Origin: an uncultured Phycisphaerales bacterium
GTDB taxonomy: Bacteria; Planctomycetota; Phycisphaerae; Tepidisphaerales; Tepidisphaeraceae
Assembly (NCBI GenBank): GCA_963755915.1
Contig: CAVWLP010000002.1
Span: 704,001-768,000 of the forward strand
DNA: 64,000 nt
Direction: 5' to 3'
The position numbers and the translations under genes were made by a program. How positions within the stretch are numbered: position 1 is the first letter of the stretch; every line of letters starts with the position of its first letter. This document shows positions 53,629-63,830 of the stretch, one piece after another. Under the pieces are notes generated by a model, which was not told the DNA's origin, did no database searches, and saw only the letters and a program-made list of their open reading frames with translations.

Positions 53629-56129
53629 TCAGGATTTTCGGCGGCGGTGGAGGAGCCCCAGCACGCCGATGCCAAGCAGGGCGGCGCTGGCAGGTTCGGG
53701 GACGGGGACGAAGCTGACTTCCAGGTTGGAGCCGCTCATGAAGAAAGTCGGGACGTAGCTGGGGCCGTTTTGGAAGGCGGCGGTGGTGGGGAGAGCGCCG
53801 GATTCGCTGGTGATGCCGGAGATCAGGACGTAGGCGTCGCCGACGGTGGTGTCGAGGGCGCCGGCGAGTTCGTTGAAGGTGAAGTTGACGGTGCCGAGGG
53901 TGAGGACGCCGTTGGTGTCGACCAGGTCGCTGGATCCGGAGGAGGAGCCGGCGAGGTCGTAGTCTATGGCGGCGCTGGTGAGGGTCAGGCCGCCGGAGGA
54001 GCCATTGCCCAAGGCGAGGGCGCCGGCGGCGCCGAAGTCACCGGAGGTGTTAACGCCGGGGGCGATGATGCCCAGGCCGGTGACGGTGGTAGCGCCTGAC
54101 GCGGAGCCGGTGCCGGTGAGAGTAGCTCCGTTGCCGACGGAGACGGTGCCTGTTCCGGTGGCAGAGCCGGTGAGATTCAGAAGCGCGAGGGTGCCGCCGG
54201 TGACATTCGTGCCGCCGGAGTAGGTGCTTGAACCCGAGAGGGACTGGGATCCGCCCGACTGGAGCGCGACGGCAAGGCCCGTGTTGCCGGAGGTGTTGGA
54301 GGAATTCTGGATCGATCCGGAGAAGGCGTAGGCGCCGGAGCCGGCGAGAGTGAGGTTTACGTTGCTGGTCTGGGAGTAGTAGACGACGCCGGGGGTTGCG
54401 GGGGAGTTATAGTCCTGGAGTCCGGCGATAGTGGGAGAAAAGGCCCCGCCACCGCCGACGGTGCTGGAGATATCGATGGAAGCGCCGGAGCCGAGTTCGA
54501 CGGTGTTGTTTGCGCCACGGCGTTGAGGCCGTTGGCGCCGCTGGGCGTGATGATGGCGGCGTCGCCGGCTTCGACGATGAGGTTTCCGGTCCAGGTTGTG
54601 GGCGAGGAATTTCCGGTGATGGAGATGGGGTCGCGGGTGGTGAGGGTGGTGAGGGTGTAGTTGGGGTTGTTGATGATGAGGTTGTAGGAGCCGGAGATTC
54701 CGCCCTGGCCGATGCGGAGGCGGTCGCCGCCGTTGCCGCCGCCGGCGATTCCGCTGACGGCGGTGAGGATGAGGGGGTTGTCGAGGACGACGGGTCCGCC
54801 GATGGTGCCGGCCGTGGTGGTTCCGGTTTCTTCGATGGTGGTCGTGTTTGCGCCGGTGAGGGTTCCGGCGTCGGCGACGGTGCCGACGTCGAGCGTGTTG
54901 TTGATGGTATAGCTGCTGGCGTCGGTGAGGATGATGGGGGCAGCGGGGGAGGCGGAGCCGCCGAGCGTGAGGAGGCCTTCGCCGAAGGGTCCGCCGGTGA
55001 TGGAGCCGGGCGCGCCTGTGGAGCCGAGGTTGAAGGAGACCTGTCCGCTGTCGATGACGACGCCGCCGGTGAAGGTGTTGTTGCCGCGGAAATCGACGCA
55101 GCCTTTGTTGGTGGCGGCGACGGTGACGCCAAAGCTTCCGCCGGACTGTTTGATGACGCCGCGGAAGCCGAGGATGTTGTCATTGATGGCGGTCTGGGCG
55201 ACGAGATTGGTGACGACGAGATTGTTTTCCAGGGTGATGGTGTTGGTCGAGCTGAAGACGGCGGCATTTCCGGCGGTGGGGGTGCCGGAGTTGTTGATGA
55301 TGGTGTCGGTTCCGCTGCCGCCGACGACGAAGTTTGGCGTGGCGGTGCTGGAGGTGGCGTTGTATTGGAGGGTAACGTTGGCGGCGGAGTTGCCGAAGAA
55401 GACGGTGCTGGTGGAGACGCCGAAAGCGCCGTTGGGAGAGTTGGTGGCGCCGGCGAGGATGAGGGTTCCGGCGGCGATGGTGGTATTGCCGGTGTAGGAG
55501 GCGTTGTCGGTGCCGGCGGGGGTCTGGCTGTAGACGATGGTGCCGCCGCCGGTGAGGGTGACGGCGGCGGAGCCGATGATTTCGTCGCTGATGGTGAGGG
55601 ATCCGGCGACGTCGAAATTTCCGGCGTTGGCGAGGTTCAGATACATCTCTTCGGTGCTTTGGCCGGCGGCGACGGCGCCGTTGAGTGCGAGGTTTGCGCC
55701 CGCGGGGACATAGATGAGGTCAGAGGAGGAGGCGCCGGGGACGATGTTGCCGCTGCCGCCGCCAAGGGTCATGGTGCTGGTGGCGGTTCCGCTTTGATTG
55801 GTGACGGTGAGGGCTTGCGTGGTGTCGAGATCGTCGAGTGAGCCGAAGGCGACGCTGGTGTTGGCGGTAAAGGCGGTCGGGGTGTAGGTGGTATTGGTGA
55901 AGGTGACGTCGCTGTTATTGGTTGCGCCCAGCGAGGTGAGGTCGGTGGTACCGCTGGGGACATCGACGATCACGTCGGCGCGGGAGTGGCCGGTGCGCAG
56001 AAGCGCCGCGGCGGCGAAGGCGGCCGCGATGGAGAGCGGTTTGAGCCCCCAGCCCCCGCATTTTTGGGGAAGTTTTTTGGAATGAGAGAAAAGGGAAAGG
56101 TGATCCGCCTGCGTTCTCGTCCCGTCCAT
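53629..56129 (-). CDS. PEP-CTERM surface protein with autotransporter-associated beta-strand repeats (frameshift near 54515)
   Basis: SYTGNTTIAAGTL, NTFTGGVVIDSG, STYSGGTNVTGGTL; C-terminus VPEPASAALLGIGVLGLLHRRRKS. Confidence 0.88.
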
Positions 56130-56428
56130 TTGTGGTCTCCTCGTTTACGACCAAAGTAGCCCCGTTTCCGACAGAGAACCACGTGATTTCGCGCAAATTC
56201 CTTCCCTCAAATGCGCAGAGATGGATCGGGAGGCGGCATTGGGTCAAGACGAGTTTGGAGGAAATTATTGGATACATACAATTGCGAAATAACAACTTAC
56301 AAACACGGCAAGATGACGAAATCTATTCGGCGCAAATTCACGAGTTAAGGAAAGCGCCGATGATGGGTTCAAATGAGCAAGACGCGAAGAGACTTTTCCG
56401 CGCCGGAAAAGCGGTGGTTTTGAAGCGG

Positions 56429-59254
56429 CTATGAATTGCCCGGAGCGCGTGGAATCTTCCAGTTGGGGAGGACTTGCTGGCGGAGGGTTTCGAATTTCTG
56501 GTGGTATTTTGAGCCGCCGACTTCGTCGCGCCAGATGAGGTAGAGGACTTTGAGCGATTGCTCGACCTGGGCTTCGGTGGTGTTTGGGTCGCCGGATTTG
56601 GCGAGGGTATGCATGCAGTCGAGGAGCTTAAAGGCGGCTTCCCAGTATTGGTCGTTGTCTTCGCCAAGCTTTTCGTCCTGGATCAGGCGGCCGAGGGTAT
56701 CCTTGACGGTGTGGCAATCGCCGAGGTCGTAGGCGATCAGGCCGATGCCGAGGGTGACCTCCGGGTCTGGGTAATCCTTGTCCGCGCCGGCGTCGAGTCC
56801 GGCCTGATAGAGGGCGACGTTTTCGGGGGATTGAAGATCTTTATAAAGCGCGATCGCGGCGGCGAGATCTTTTTGCCGCTGGGCGGCATCCGTATCCGAC
56901 TCGGCGGCGAGGCGCTTGGAGTCGGCGTCGAAGCGGCGATAGATGTAGAGATTCGCGTGGGCGTTGGGATCGGTGCTTTGCGAGGCCCACTTCACGAGAA
57001 AGCCGCTGAGCATGGCGCGGTTATCAGAAATCTGCCGGATCTGCGTCTGATCGCCGGCGGTCTTGGCCTGCTGGAGCTGGGCGCTGAGGGTTTCCAGAAG
57101 ATCGTGAACGGCCTGGGCGCCTTCTTTTGGGGTGGCGGTGTTGAGATATTTCAGCAGCGTCTGCGTGGCGTCGTTGCTCTGGCCGAGCTGCATATAGGCT
57201 TCGATGCGGAGGAACATGGCGCCGTTGAGGAGGGACTTTTCGTCGGGAAGTCCCTTCACGGAATCCTCGAAGCCGTTAAGAAGCTGCAGCACACGCCGCG
57301 GGTTGTTCTGCTCGCGGCGGGTGATGTCGGCGGCGATGAGGCTCATCCGCGCCAGCGTGGTTTTGGCCCGGGATTTTTCGTCGGCGGCGCCGGAGCCGTT
57401 GATGACGTCGTTCGCCAGCGTGGTGACGGATTGGGCGAGCTGCTGGATCTGATCAGTCCACTCCTGCTTCTGCTGATCGGAGAGACTCGAGGTTTCTTCA
57501 AGAAGATTTTTGAGGGCGACCATTTCGCCATACTTCGCCACGAGCAATCGCGAAGGGGGCTCGGAGTCGGGGGTCATTTCGTAATACTTGATCGCGTCGG
57601 CCCATTTGCCTTCCTCGAATAGAAGGGCGGCGTACTGAAGGGCGAATTCCTTGCGATTAAAGGGCGGATTGACGGCAACGGGGAGAAAGCGGTCTTCGAG
57701 CTGCTTGACCTGCGGGTCCTGGGCATTCGTTTGCAGGAGGTTGGCGATGAGGGAGCGGGCGCGCTCCAGCGCGATGTCGGCGTGGGAGCGCGGGTCGCCG
57801 GGGAATCGCTCGATGTGATCGAGCAGCGAGGTGATGGCAGCGGCATCGTCGCCCAGATATTCCTGGAAAATGCCGACGAGGAAGGAGGGGTCGATCGCTT
57901 CGGCTTTGGGGAAATTTCCCGTGGAGAGGCGATTGAGAATTTCCTGCGCTGCAGCGGCGGCCTGGCGGAGCTTGTCGGGGTCCGGCGAGTGGCCGGTGCC
58001 TGAAGTCGCGAGGGTCTGGCGGCCCTGATCGACGAGGGCGAGCAGAAGCATGGGGTCGAGCGTCGGCAGGTCGGGATTCGCCGGAAGCCGCGCGACGAGC
58101 TGGCGGAAAATCGCGTCGCGAAGATTGGGGAAATCGCGGACCAGGCCGGCGAGCGCGGTCACCGCGGCGGCGTTGGCGGCGTCTTTGTCCCTGCCGACGG
58201 GAAGCTCATCGGCCTGCATCGCCAGAATGCGGAAGGCCAGCAGGCGCAGGGCCGCGGCCTGGTCGCGGTCATCGGGGAAATTCTCCTGCTGATATTTCGA
58301 GGCGTTTTCCAGCGCCGTGCGCGCGGAGGCCAGATCGTCCGCGGCCAAATTCGCGATCACGCTGAAGCAGCGGGCTTCGAAGATGGCTTCGGGGGCGGGA
58401 GGCGGAGAGATGTCGCCGTTGCGATCGTTGATGATGCTGTCGAGAAGTTTTTGGCCGTCGCTGATTTCGTCCTTGTCGCCGGTGAGGACGTGCAGCTTGG
58501 CCATGAGCAGGCGCACCTGCGATTGGATCTGCGAGTCGCCGTTGTCCCACTGCTGGAATGATTTGAGGGCCTGGTCGATGAGGTCCTGGCGGGCGGGATC
58601 GCCGGGGTCCATCGCCAGGGCGACGGCATACTGCATGCGCGCTTTCTGATAATCCGCGGCCGCCGCGGTTTCGCTTGCTTTCTTCCACTGATCCGCCAGC
58701 TTGTCATCGGGGCTGGTGATGCGATTGGCAAGATCGGTCGCCTGCTGCGAGGCGAGCTGGGAGGCGGTGTCGTAAAGCTTGAGCGCCGCCTGCGCGAGAG
58801 GAAGAAGGCGATTTCGCTCGACGGGAGTAGCGCCCCAATATTCGAGCAGCCCGGTCTGCGGGTCGACGCCAAGCTGGGCGACAATCTTCGCCTGCTGAAG
58901 GATCAGCTCGGGATCGTTGTGAAGGGTGGCGAGGATTTGGTCGAGCCCCCCCACCACCGTCTGAAGCAGCGCCTGGCGCTGATCGTCGCTGAGATTTGTT
59001 TCCGTCTGGAGGCGATGCAGCGCGGAGATGCTGGCGATGGCCGACCGCTGCTGCGGCGCGACGTTGTCCTGGTCCATGACGCGATTGAGCAGGTCGTCGA
59101 GCCCGCGGTCGGCAAGCTCGGCGTAGAGGGCGTTTTCGTCGAGGCCGGAGAGGCCCTGCGCCGGGGCGATGTCGGCGCGGGCGTGAGGAAGCGAGAGAAA
59201 GAGTGCCATCGCCCCGACGAAAATTCGAAACCCGAAACTCGAATGACGAATCAA
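56429..59254 (-). CDS. Large secreted all-helical (TPR-like) protein; start at 59254 or 59209
   Basis: Signal peptide ending HARA-D, about 900 aa of amphipathic helices, last gene of the ExbB/ExbD operon. Confidence 0.7.
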   Translation of the reverse strand: MIRHSSFGFRIFVGAMALFLSLPHARADIAPAQGLSGLDENALYAELADRGLDDLLNRVMDQDNVAPQQRSAIASISALHRLQTETNLSDDQRQALLQTVVGGLDQILATLHNDPELILQQAKIVAQLGVDPQTGLLEYWGATPVERNRLLPLAQAALKLYDTASQLASQQATDLANRITSPDDKLADQWKKASETAAAADYQKARMQYAVALAMDPGDPARQDLIDQALKSFQQWDNGDSQIQSQVRLLMAKLHVLTGDKDEISDGQKLLDSIINDRNGDISPPPAPEAIFEARCFSVIANLAADDLASARTALENASKYQQENFPDDRDQAAALRLLAFRILAMQADELPVGRDKDAANAAAVTALAGLVRDFPNLRDAIFRQLVARLPANPDLPTLDPMLLLALVDQGRQTLATSGTGHSPDPDKLRQAAAAAQEILNRLSTGNFPKAEAIDPSFLVGIFQEYLGDDAAAITSLLDHIERFPGDPRSHADIALERARSLIANLLQTNAQDPQVKQLEDRFLPVAVNPPFNRKEFALQYAALLFEEGKWADAIKYYEMTPDSEPPSRLLVAKYGEMVALKNLLEETSSLSDQQKQEWTDQIQQLAQSVTTLANDVINGSGAADEKSRAKTTLARMSLIAADITRREQNNPRRVLQLLNGFEDSVKGLPDEKSLLNGAMFLRIEAYMQLGQSNDATQTLLKYLNTATPKEGAQAVHDLLETLSAQLQQAKTAGDQTQIRQISDNRAMLSGFLVKWASQSTDPNAHANLYIYRRFDADSKRLAAESDTDAAQRQKDLAAAIALYKDLQSPENVALYQAGLDAGADKDYPDPEVTLGIGLIAYDLGDCHTVKDTLGRLIQDEKLGEDNDQYWEAAFKLLDCMHTLAKSGDPNTTEAQVEQSLKVLYLIWRDEVGGSKYHQKFETLRQQVLPNWKIPRAPGNS

Positions 59255-59343
59255 ATTCGAATGCTTAAAACTCGAAACCGCCTCGTTTCCCCGTTTCGAA
59301 TTTCGAGCTTGTCCCGCGCGCCGGGATTCGATTTCGAATTTCC
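59219..59343. repeat. Heptamer palindromic element, copy 6
   Basis: gaaaattcgaaacccgaaactcgaatgacgaatcaaattcgaatg ... gtttcgaatttcgagcttg...gattcgatttcgaatttcc. Confidence 0.8.
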
Positions 59344-59354
59344 GCTTGCGGCTC

Positions 59355-59835
59355 TCACTTCGTGTTCACCCCAAACCCCACCTTCGCAAATCCCGCGTTC
59401 TGCGCCGCTTCAAACGCCGGCACCAGCCCGTCGAGCGTAACGTTCTGCTCGGGATAAATGATGATCTGCACGTCATCCATCTTCACGCCGGCATCTTTAA
59501 AATTCTGGTACTGGGCTTTGAGCTGCGCGGTGAGCTGATCGCAGGCGCGATGCGGATCGGTGTCTTTGACGGAGGCGAAGTTGCCCGCTTTCACCGTATA
59601 CATCGGCCCCTGCTGGGCGACGTTGATGTTGAATTTCGTCGGAAAAACCGTCCCCGCCGGCGGCGGCGCCGACGCCCTTGGCCTGGAGCGGAACGTCGCT
59701 GACGAGGTAGTGCTCCATCTGGTTAAAGCTGCCGGCCAGCATCAGGAAGATCAGGATAACCATCACGATGTCGACCAGCGGCGTCATGTTCGGGCCGGAG
59801 TCGTAATGGATATTTTTGGCGCTCTGGATCTTCAT
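59355..59835 (-). CDS. ExbD/TolR-family protein (frameshift near 59630)
   Basis: PNMTPLVDIVMVILIFLML; C-terminal AQNAGFAKVGF. Confidence 0.82.
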
Positions 59836-60335
59836 GTCGGCTGCCTGGTGTTGAACGCAAACGTATGGACATGCGCCAGGTTGCAATCCATCAACACCGG
59901 CGCCAGAAATCGGAAGGTGAGCGACTTATCTCCGCGGATGACGACCTTGAAATCCGGGTTGGGAGACATATGCAGCAGGGCGTCGCCCTCGCGATAGAGT
60001 TTCAGGGTATTGAGAAGCTGGTCCTGGGTTTTTCCGGCGTAGAAGTCGCGCAGCTTCAGCTCCTGCATCTGGCCGCGCACCAGCGCGGTAACGATCGGCT
60101 GCGGATCGGGAACGCCGGTCGGGCCGTTGACGACATTCAGCACCAGGGTGTTGCCCATATCTTTGATGTTGGTGCCGAGGACGCTGGTGGGGATATCGAT
60201 GTTGCGGTCGGCGCCGGTGTCGACGCCGATCTTGGCGACGAGCATGAAAAAGATGATCAGGCACATCACGATGTCGATCAGGGGAGTGACGTTAACCCCC
60301 CCTTCCCGAATCGGCGGCATCCGGCGTTGTCGCAT
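59832..60335 (-). CDS. ExbD/TolR-family protein
   Basis: VNVTPLIDIVMCLIIFFML and VVIRGDK. Confidence 0.88.
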   Translation of the reverse strand: MRQRRMPPIREGGVNVTPLIDIVMCLIIFFMLVAKIGVDTGADRNIDIPTSVLGTNIKDMGNTLVLNVVNGPTGVPDPQPIVTALVRGQMQELKLRDFYAGKTQDQLLNTLKLYREGDALLHMSPNPDFKVVIRGDKSLTFRFLAPVLMDCNLAHVHTFAFNTRQPT

Positions 60336-60362
60336 GATCGATCTTTCTTACATCTAGACGTC

Positions 60363-61244
60363 TTACATCTGGGCGCCAGGGACGGGAATCGGCTGGGCGG
60401 GCTTGCGCGGCATGCCCGGCGTCTGCGGCATGGGCGATGGGGCCGGCGCCGGCTGCGGCATGATCCCCGGACGCATCCCCCCCGCCACGGGCGGTCGCGC
60501 CTCGGCCGGACGAATCATCAGCAAAAGCTCCTCGGCGATCAGCGAAGCGCGAACCGTATATTTATCCACCATCGTCCGTAGAAACCCAAACGCCGCCAGG
60601 CACGGCACGGCCAATAGCAGGCCCAGCATCGTGTGAACCAGCGCCTTGGAGATGCCGAAGGCCAGCGTCGCCGGCGAAGCGTTGCCGCCGGAGGCGTTCA
60701 GCGCCAGGAACGCGTCGATCATGCCGATGACCGTGCCGAGGAGGCCCAGCAGCGGGCCGAGGTTGCCGATGATGTTGAGGTATTCGATTTTGCGGAACTG
60801 ATCGGCCGTCTGCTCGCCGATGGCGGTCTCCATCGCTTCTTTCATGCTGGCGAAGCTGGGGGCGCGCTTCAGGGCGGGGTTGAGCGCCCGGCTTACGAAG
60901 CTTGGATCGGTCTCGGTGAAGTCAATCAATTCCTTGAACCGCCGCTGGGCGATCATCTCGCGGATGGTTTCAACCGTCCGCGGCGGCATGATCACGGACG
61001 CCCGATTGACCAGAAACCCCTGAATGATCAGCGTCAGCCCCCAGATCGACAACCCCACGATCGTGAAGAAGATCGGGTCGCGGTTGGCCATGACAAGGCT
61101 GAAGATCGACGTCGAATTCGTCACCTCATTGCCCCCGCCTCCGGTGGCCTGGGCAAACGTCGGCCCGGCCATCACAAACAGGGCCGCCGCAATGAGCGTC
61201 GCCAGCAGCACGAGCCGCAGGCGGGAATTGGCATAACCACGCAT
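60363..61244 (-). CDS. MotA/TolQ/ExbB proton-channel protein
   Basis: LGPLLGLLGTVIGMIDAF, GISKALVHTMLGL; signal-like N-terminus; Pro-rich tail. Confidence 0.92.
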   Translation of the reverse strand: MRGYANSRLRLVLLATLIAAALFVMAGPTFAQATGGGGNEVTNSTSIFSLVMANRDPIFFTIVGLSIWGLTLIIQGFLVNRASVIMPPRTVETIREMIAQRRFKELIDFTETDPSFVSRALNPALKRAPSFASMKEAMETAIGEQTADQFRKIEYLNIIGNLGPLLGLLGTVIGMIDAFLALNASGGNASPATLAFGISKALVHTMLGLLLAVPCLAAFGFLRTMVDKYTVRASLIAEELLLMIRPAEARPPVAGGMRPGIMPQPAPAPSPMPQTPGMPRKPAQPIPVPGAQM

Positions 61245-61272
61245 GAGTAAGCCTTTCCGGTGGGGTTTACCT

Positions 61273-61325
61273 CAAGTTCACAAATCCCAAATCTGAAATC
61301 TCAAAGTTCGAACTTCAGATTTCAA
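61273..61325 (+). repeat. Heptamer tandem repeat, CAAATCY variant
   Basis: caaatcc caaatct gaaatct caaagtt cgaactt cagattt. Confidence 0.65.
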
Positions 61326-62477
61326 TCACAACTCATCACTGTAATAAGAATGGAAAGTCCCGCCATTGTCATGGGCGATTTTTTCCATGATCGCGTCCAG
61401 CTTCTTCCGGTCGGTTTGTTCCCGTTTGCGCTCCCCCAGGAGCAGCACCGTGTTCACCTTGGTTCTCTTCTCGGCATTCAGATCATTGATCCGGTTCAAA
61501 ACGTCGGCGTTATTCGTCGTATTATATCGGTTATTGAAGTCCCCATGGCTCAGCAGGAAGATCAGTTGCGGCTGCTCCCGAAAAGCCTCCTCGAGCGCCG
61601 GAATAGGGTTATTCACGCTCGAAAACGGCAGATTATCGATGAAATCAAACGCCTGCCCCTTGCTGCTGGGGGTGCCCATCAGCATCTTGTCTTCAGACAG
61701 GGCCTGATACTGCGACCCCGTTCGGGTCTCATGAAAAATCAGGATATTGAACTGCTGGATTGGCGAGAGGTTGGCAATGTCGCGCTTAAGCTCGGTCTTC
61801 AGGGCATCATCCCCCTGCCCGACCATTGAGCCGGAGGCGTCGCAGACATAGATGATGCTGCGGACGTTGGACCCGTGCCCGAAGATTTTGCTTTTCGGTC
61901 CGACGCCCTGCCCGCCGCCGCGGGGGCCGAAGCTGCCCATCTGGCCACTGTCGGAGGCGAAGAGGTTAAAGAGATTGCTGTCCTTCCCATCGGTCGGCTT
62001 GGTGTTGTTTTCGCTGACGGCGTCGTTGGCGGCCACGGCGCTGCCGGTCAGGGCCTGGGAGAGATCGTCATTTCGGCGGGTCGCCCAGCCCTGGGGGTTG
62101 CTGACGCTGGGGTCGTCTTCCTGGGAGGCATCCCGCGTCGGGTCTTTGCCGAGGCCCGGATTGGGGATGCCGCCCAGGTCGCTGTCGTCGGCCAGGGAGG
62201 TGTCGGGGATGTTGATCTCCTCCTGGCTGGGTTTGTGAAGGCCTTCAACCAGGGGAGGCAGGATGATGACGGCCGTCACCAGCAGGAGCACGTGAAAGCT
62301 GACGGAAGTCGCCCAGGCGAAAGCAGTAGCGGATTTTGGGGTGGCGAGCAAAGTAGCCAGCTTGGAGGCTAGTTTTCCGCGGCGGCGCGGCGGGGGCCGC
62401 ACCGGCGATTGGGCCGGATCTGATGGGGCCGGATTTAAAGACCCGGGGGGAGCCGGTTGTGTGGTGACCTCGGACAT
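61326..62477 (-). CDS. Membrane-anchored von Willebrand factor A domain protein
   Basis: TM helix with SVSFHVLLL, disordered linker, IIYVCDASGSM, FNILIF, IAHDNGGTF. Confidence 0.85.
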   Translation of the reverse strand: MSEVTTQPAPPGSLNPAPSDPAQSPVRPPPRRRGKLASKLATLLATPKSATAFAWATSVSFHVLLLVTAVIILPPLVEGLHKPSQEEINIPDTSLADDSDLGGIPNPGLGKDPTRDASQEDDPSVSNPQGWATRRNDDLSQALTGSAVAANDAVSENNTKPTDGKDSNLFNLFASDSGQMGSFGPRGGGQGVGPKSKIFGHGSNVRSIIYVCDASGSMVGQGDDALKTELKRDIANLSPIQQFNILIFHETRTGSQYQALSEDKMLMGTPSSKGQAFDFIDNLPFSSVNNPIPALEEAFREQPQLIFLLSHGDFNNRYNTTNNADVLNRINDLNAEKRTKVNTVLLLGERKREQTDRKKLDAIMEKIAHDNGGTFHSYYSDEL

Positions 62478-62585
62478 AGTTTGTGCAAAAGAATTGTACG
62501 CCGGGTTTGGGCAAGCTCAATTGGGATTGTGGGAATTAATGGGAGGATTTTGGGGGGTCGGTTTAGAGGGGGCCGCCCGGGTTCT

Positions 62586-62622
62586 TACCCCCCGCCCCCG
62601 GTAATCCGGGGGAGCCCTCCCC
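62586..62622. repeat. REP-like CCCCGG-TAAT-CCGGGG element
   Basis: taccccccgcccccggtaatccgggggagccctcccc; same family as 48063-48102. Confidence 0.6.
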
Positions 62623-62759
62623 GTCCTCTTCCGCTAGTTTCGGCACGATGGGTGGGGGCCGAGTTCCTCTACTCCTCCACTTTCCACGGTTCGGCTCTCT
62701 CGCAAAGCGCCCTCTCGCGCAGCGTAGGTCACGAGGATGCATCGGTTATAATAAGACCC

Positions 62760-63053
62760 ATGCGACTGACGCGCGAAATATTGCGAGACAAACGCGACGC
62801 CATCCTCGAGGTTGCCCGGCGAAACGGCGCTCTCGATGTGCGCATTTTCGGCTCTGTCGCCCGCGGAGATGCCACCGAGTCTTCCGACCTGGATTTAATC
62901 GTCCGCTTCGAGCCTGGGCGAAGCCTCATGGATTGGGGCGTGCTTATCGACGAACTACAGGAATTGCTGGGCGTCCAGGTCGATGTCATCGACGAAGACG
63001 CCATGCGCGAGCGATTTCGCAGCCACGCCATGCAGGAGGCCGTTCCCCTGTGA
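62760..63053 (+). CDS. Minimal nucleotidyltransferase (MNT/MntA-type antitoxin)
   Basis: FGSVARGDATESSDLDL (GSx10DxD), LQELLGVQVDVI; 97 aa. Confidence 0.9.
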   Translation: MRLTREILRDKRDAILEVARRNGALDVRIFGSVARGDATESSDLDLIVRFEPGRSLMDWGVLIDELQELLGVQVDVIDEDAMRERFRSHAMQEAVPL

Positions 63054-63061
63054 AAAACGAT
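63050..63061 (+). pseudogene. Possible remnant of a HEPN/DUF86 toxin start
   Basis: GGAGG plus a GTGA overlap giving (M)KND; the downstream sequence has no HEPN Rx4-6H motif. Confidence 0.35.
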
Positions 63062-63185
63062 AACGGCGTCGCTTCCTCCCGATACTCAATAGCCGTGAGC
63101 GGCGTCCCACCGGAGGCGGAATCTGTCGTCAATCACCCCGCAGCCGGCTCTCCGCTGCGGCTTCGGATCTTCCGCGGCCCCGAAT

Positions 63186-63830
63186 TCAACTGCTGCCCCG
63201 TTTAACTATGTCCTGAACGTGCCCTCCGCTCTTGGGAACCCATCCGCATTCGGGGCATCGCCCCGGCGTGGCCCGCAAATCGTATCCGCATCTGGGACAT
63301 TCTCCCTCGTGCGTGTGCCGACCCCGCCGCCAAACTAGCGTGATGAAGTACAGTGTTGGCAGAATCGCCGTGGCTACGGCGATCCAAGTTAAAGGCACCC
63401 TTAGCTCGTCGGCCTCGCCCGTCAATTTTTGACCGAAATATTTTAAATAGAAATAGTCGGGATGGTTATTCGGATCCAATACTACCAGCTGCAAATCTTG
63501 GTGGAGGAATTCAACACCACAAATAGACCAGCCTCCCTCCCTGACTTCGGTTCCCTCGCTGCTTCTCTCGCTGGCTACGCCCTGAACTTGCCGTTGTCCC
63601 GGTTTCAGGCGCAAAACGGGTCCGAAGTCCCGTGCCCAATCAATTGAGAAAAGCCCCCTATTCATCCTGAAGCCAAATCCGGAGGGTCGCGGAAAATGCA
63701 CACTGCCAAACGAGTACTCCCAATTGAAGTTCCAAACTGCAGTCATCACCGTGAATACAAAAAGAATCGCGGAGACCCCGGCGGCAAATCTGAACAAACC
63801 ACGGCGAATCTGGTGGCCGGCGGAGGGCAC
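63186..63830 (-). CDS. Membrane protein with a C-terminal CxxCGYDLR...CPECG zinc ribbon
   Basis: Two TM helices followed by [19 protein letters not shown]. Confidence 0.75.
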   Translation of the reverse strand: MPSAGHQIRRGLFRFAAGVSAILFVFTVMTAVWNFNWEYSFGSVHFPRPSGFGFRMNRGLFSIDWARDFGPVLRLKPGQRQVQGVASERSSEGTEVREGGWSICGVEFLHQDLQLVVLDPNNHPDYFYLKYFGQKLTGEADELRVPLTWIAVATAILPTLYFITLVWRRGRHTHEGECPRCGYDLRATPGRCPECGWVPKSGGHVQDIVKRGSS

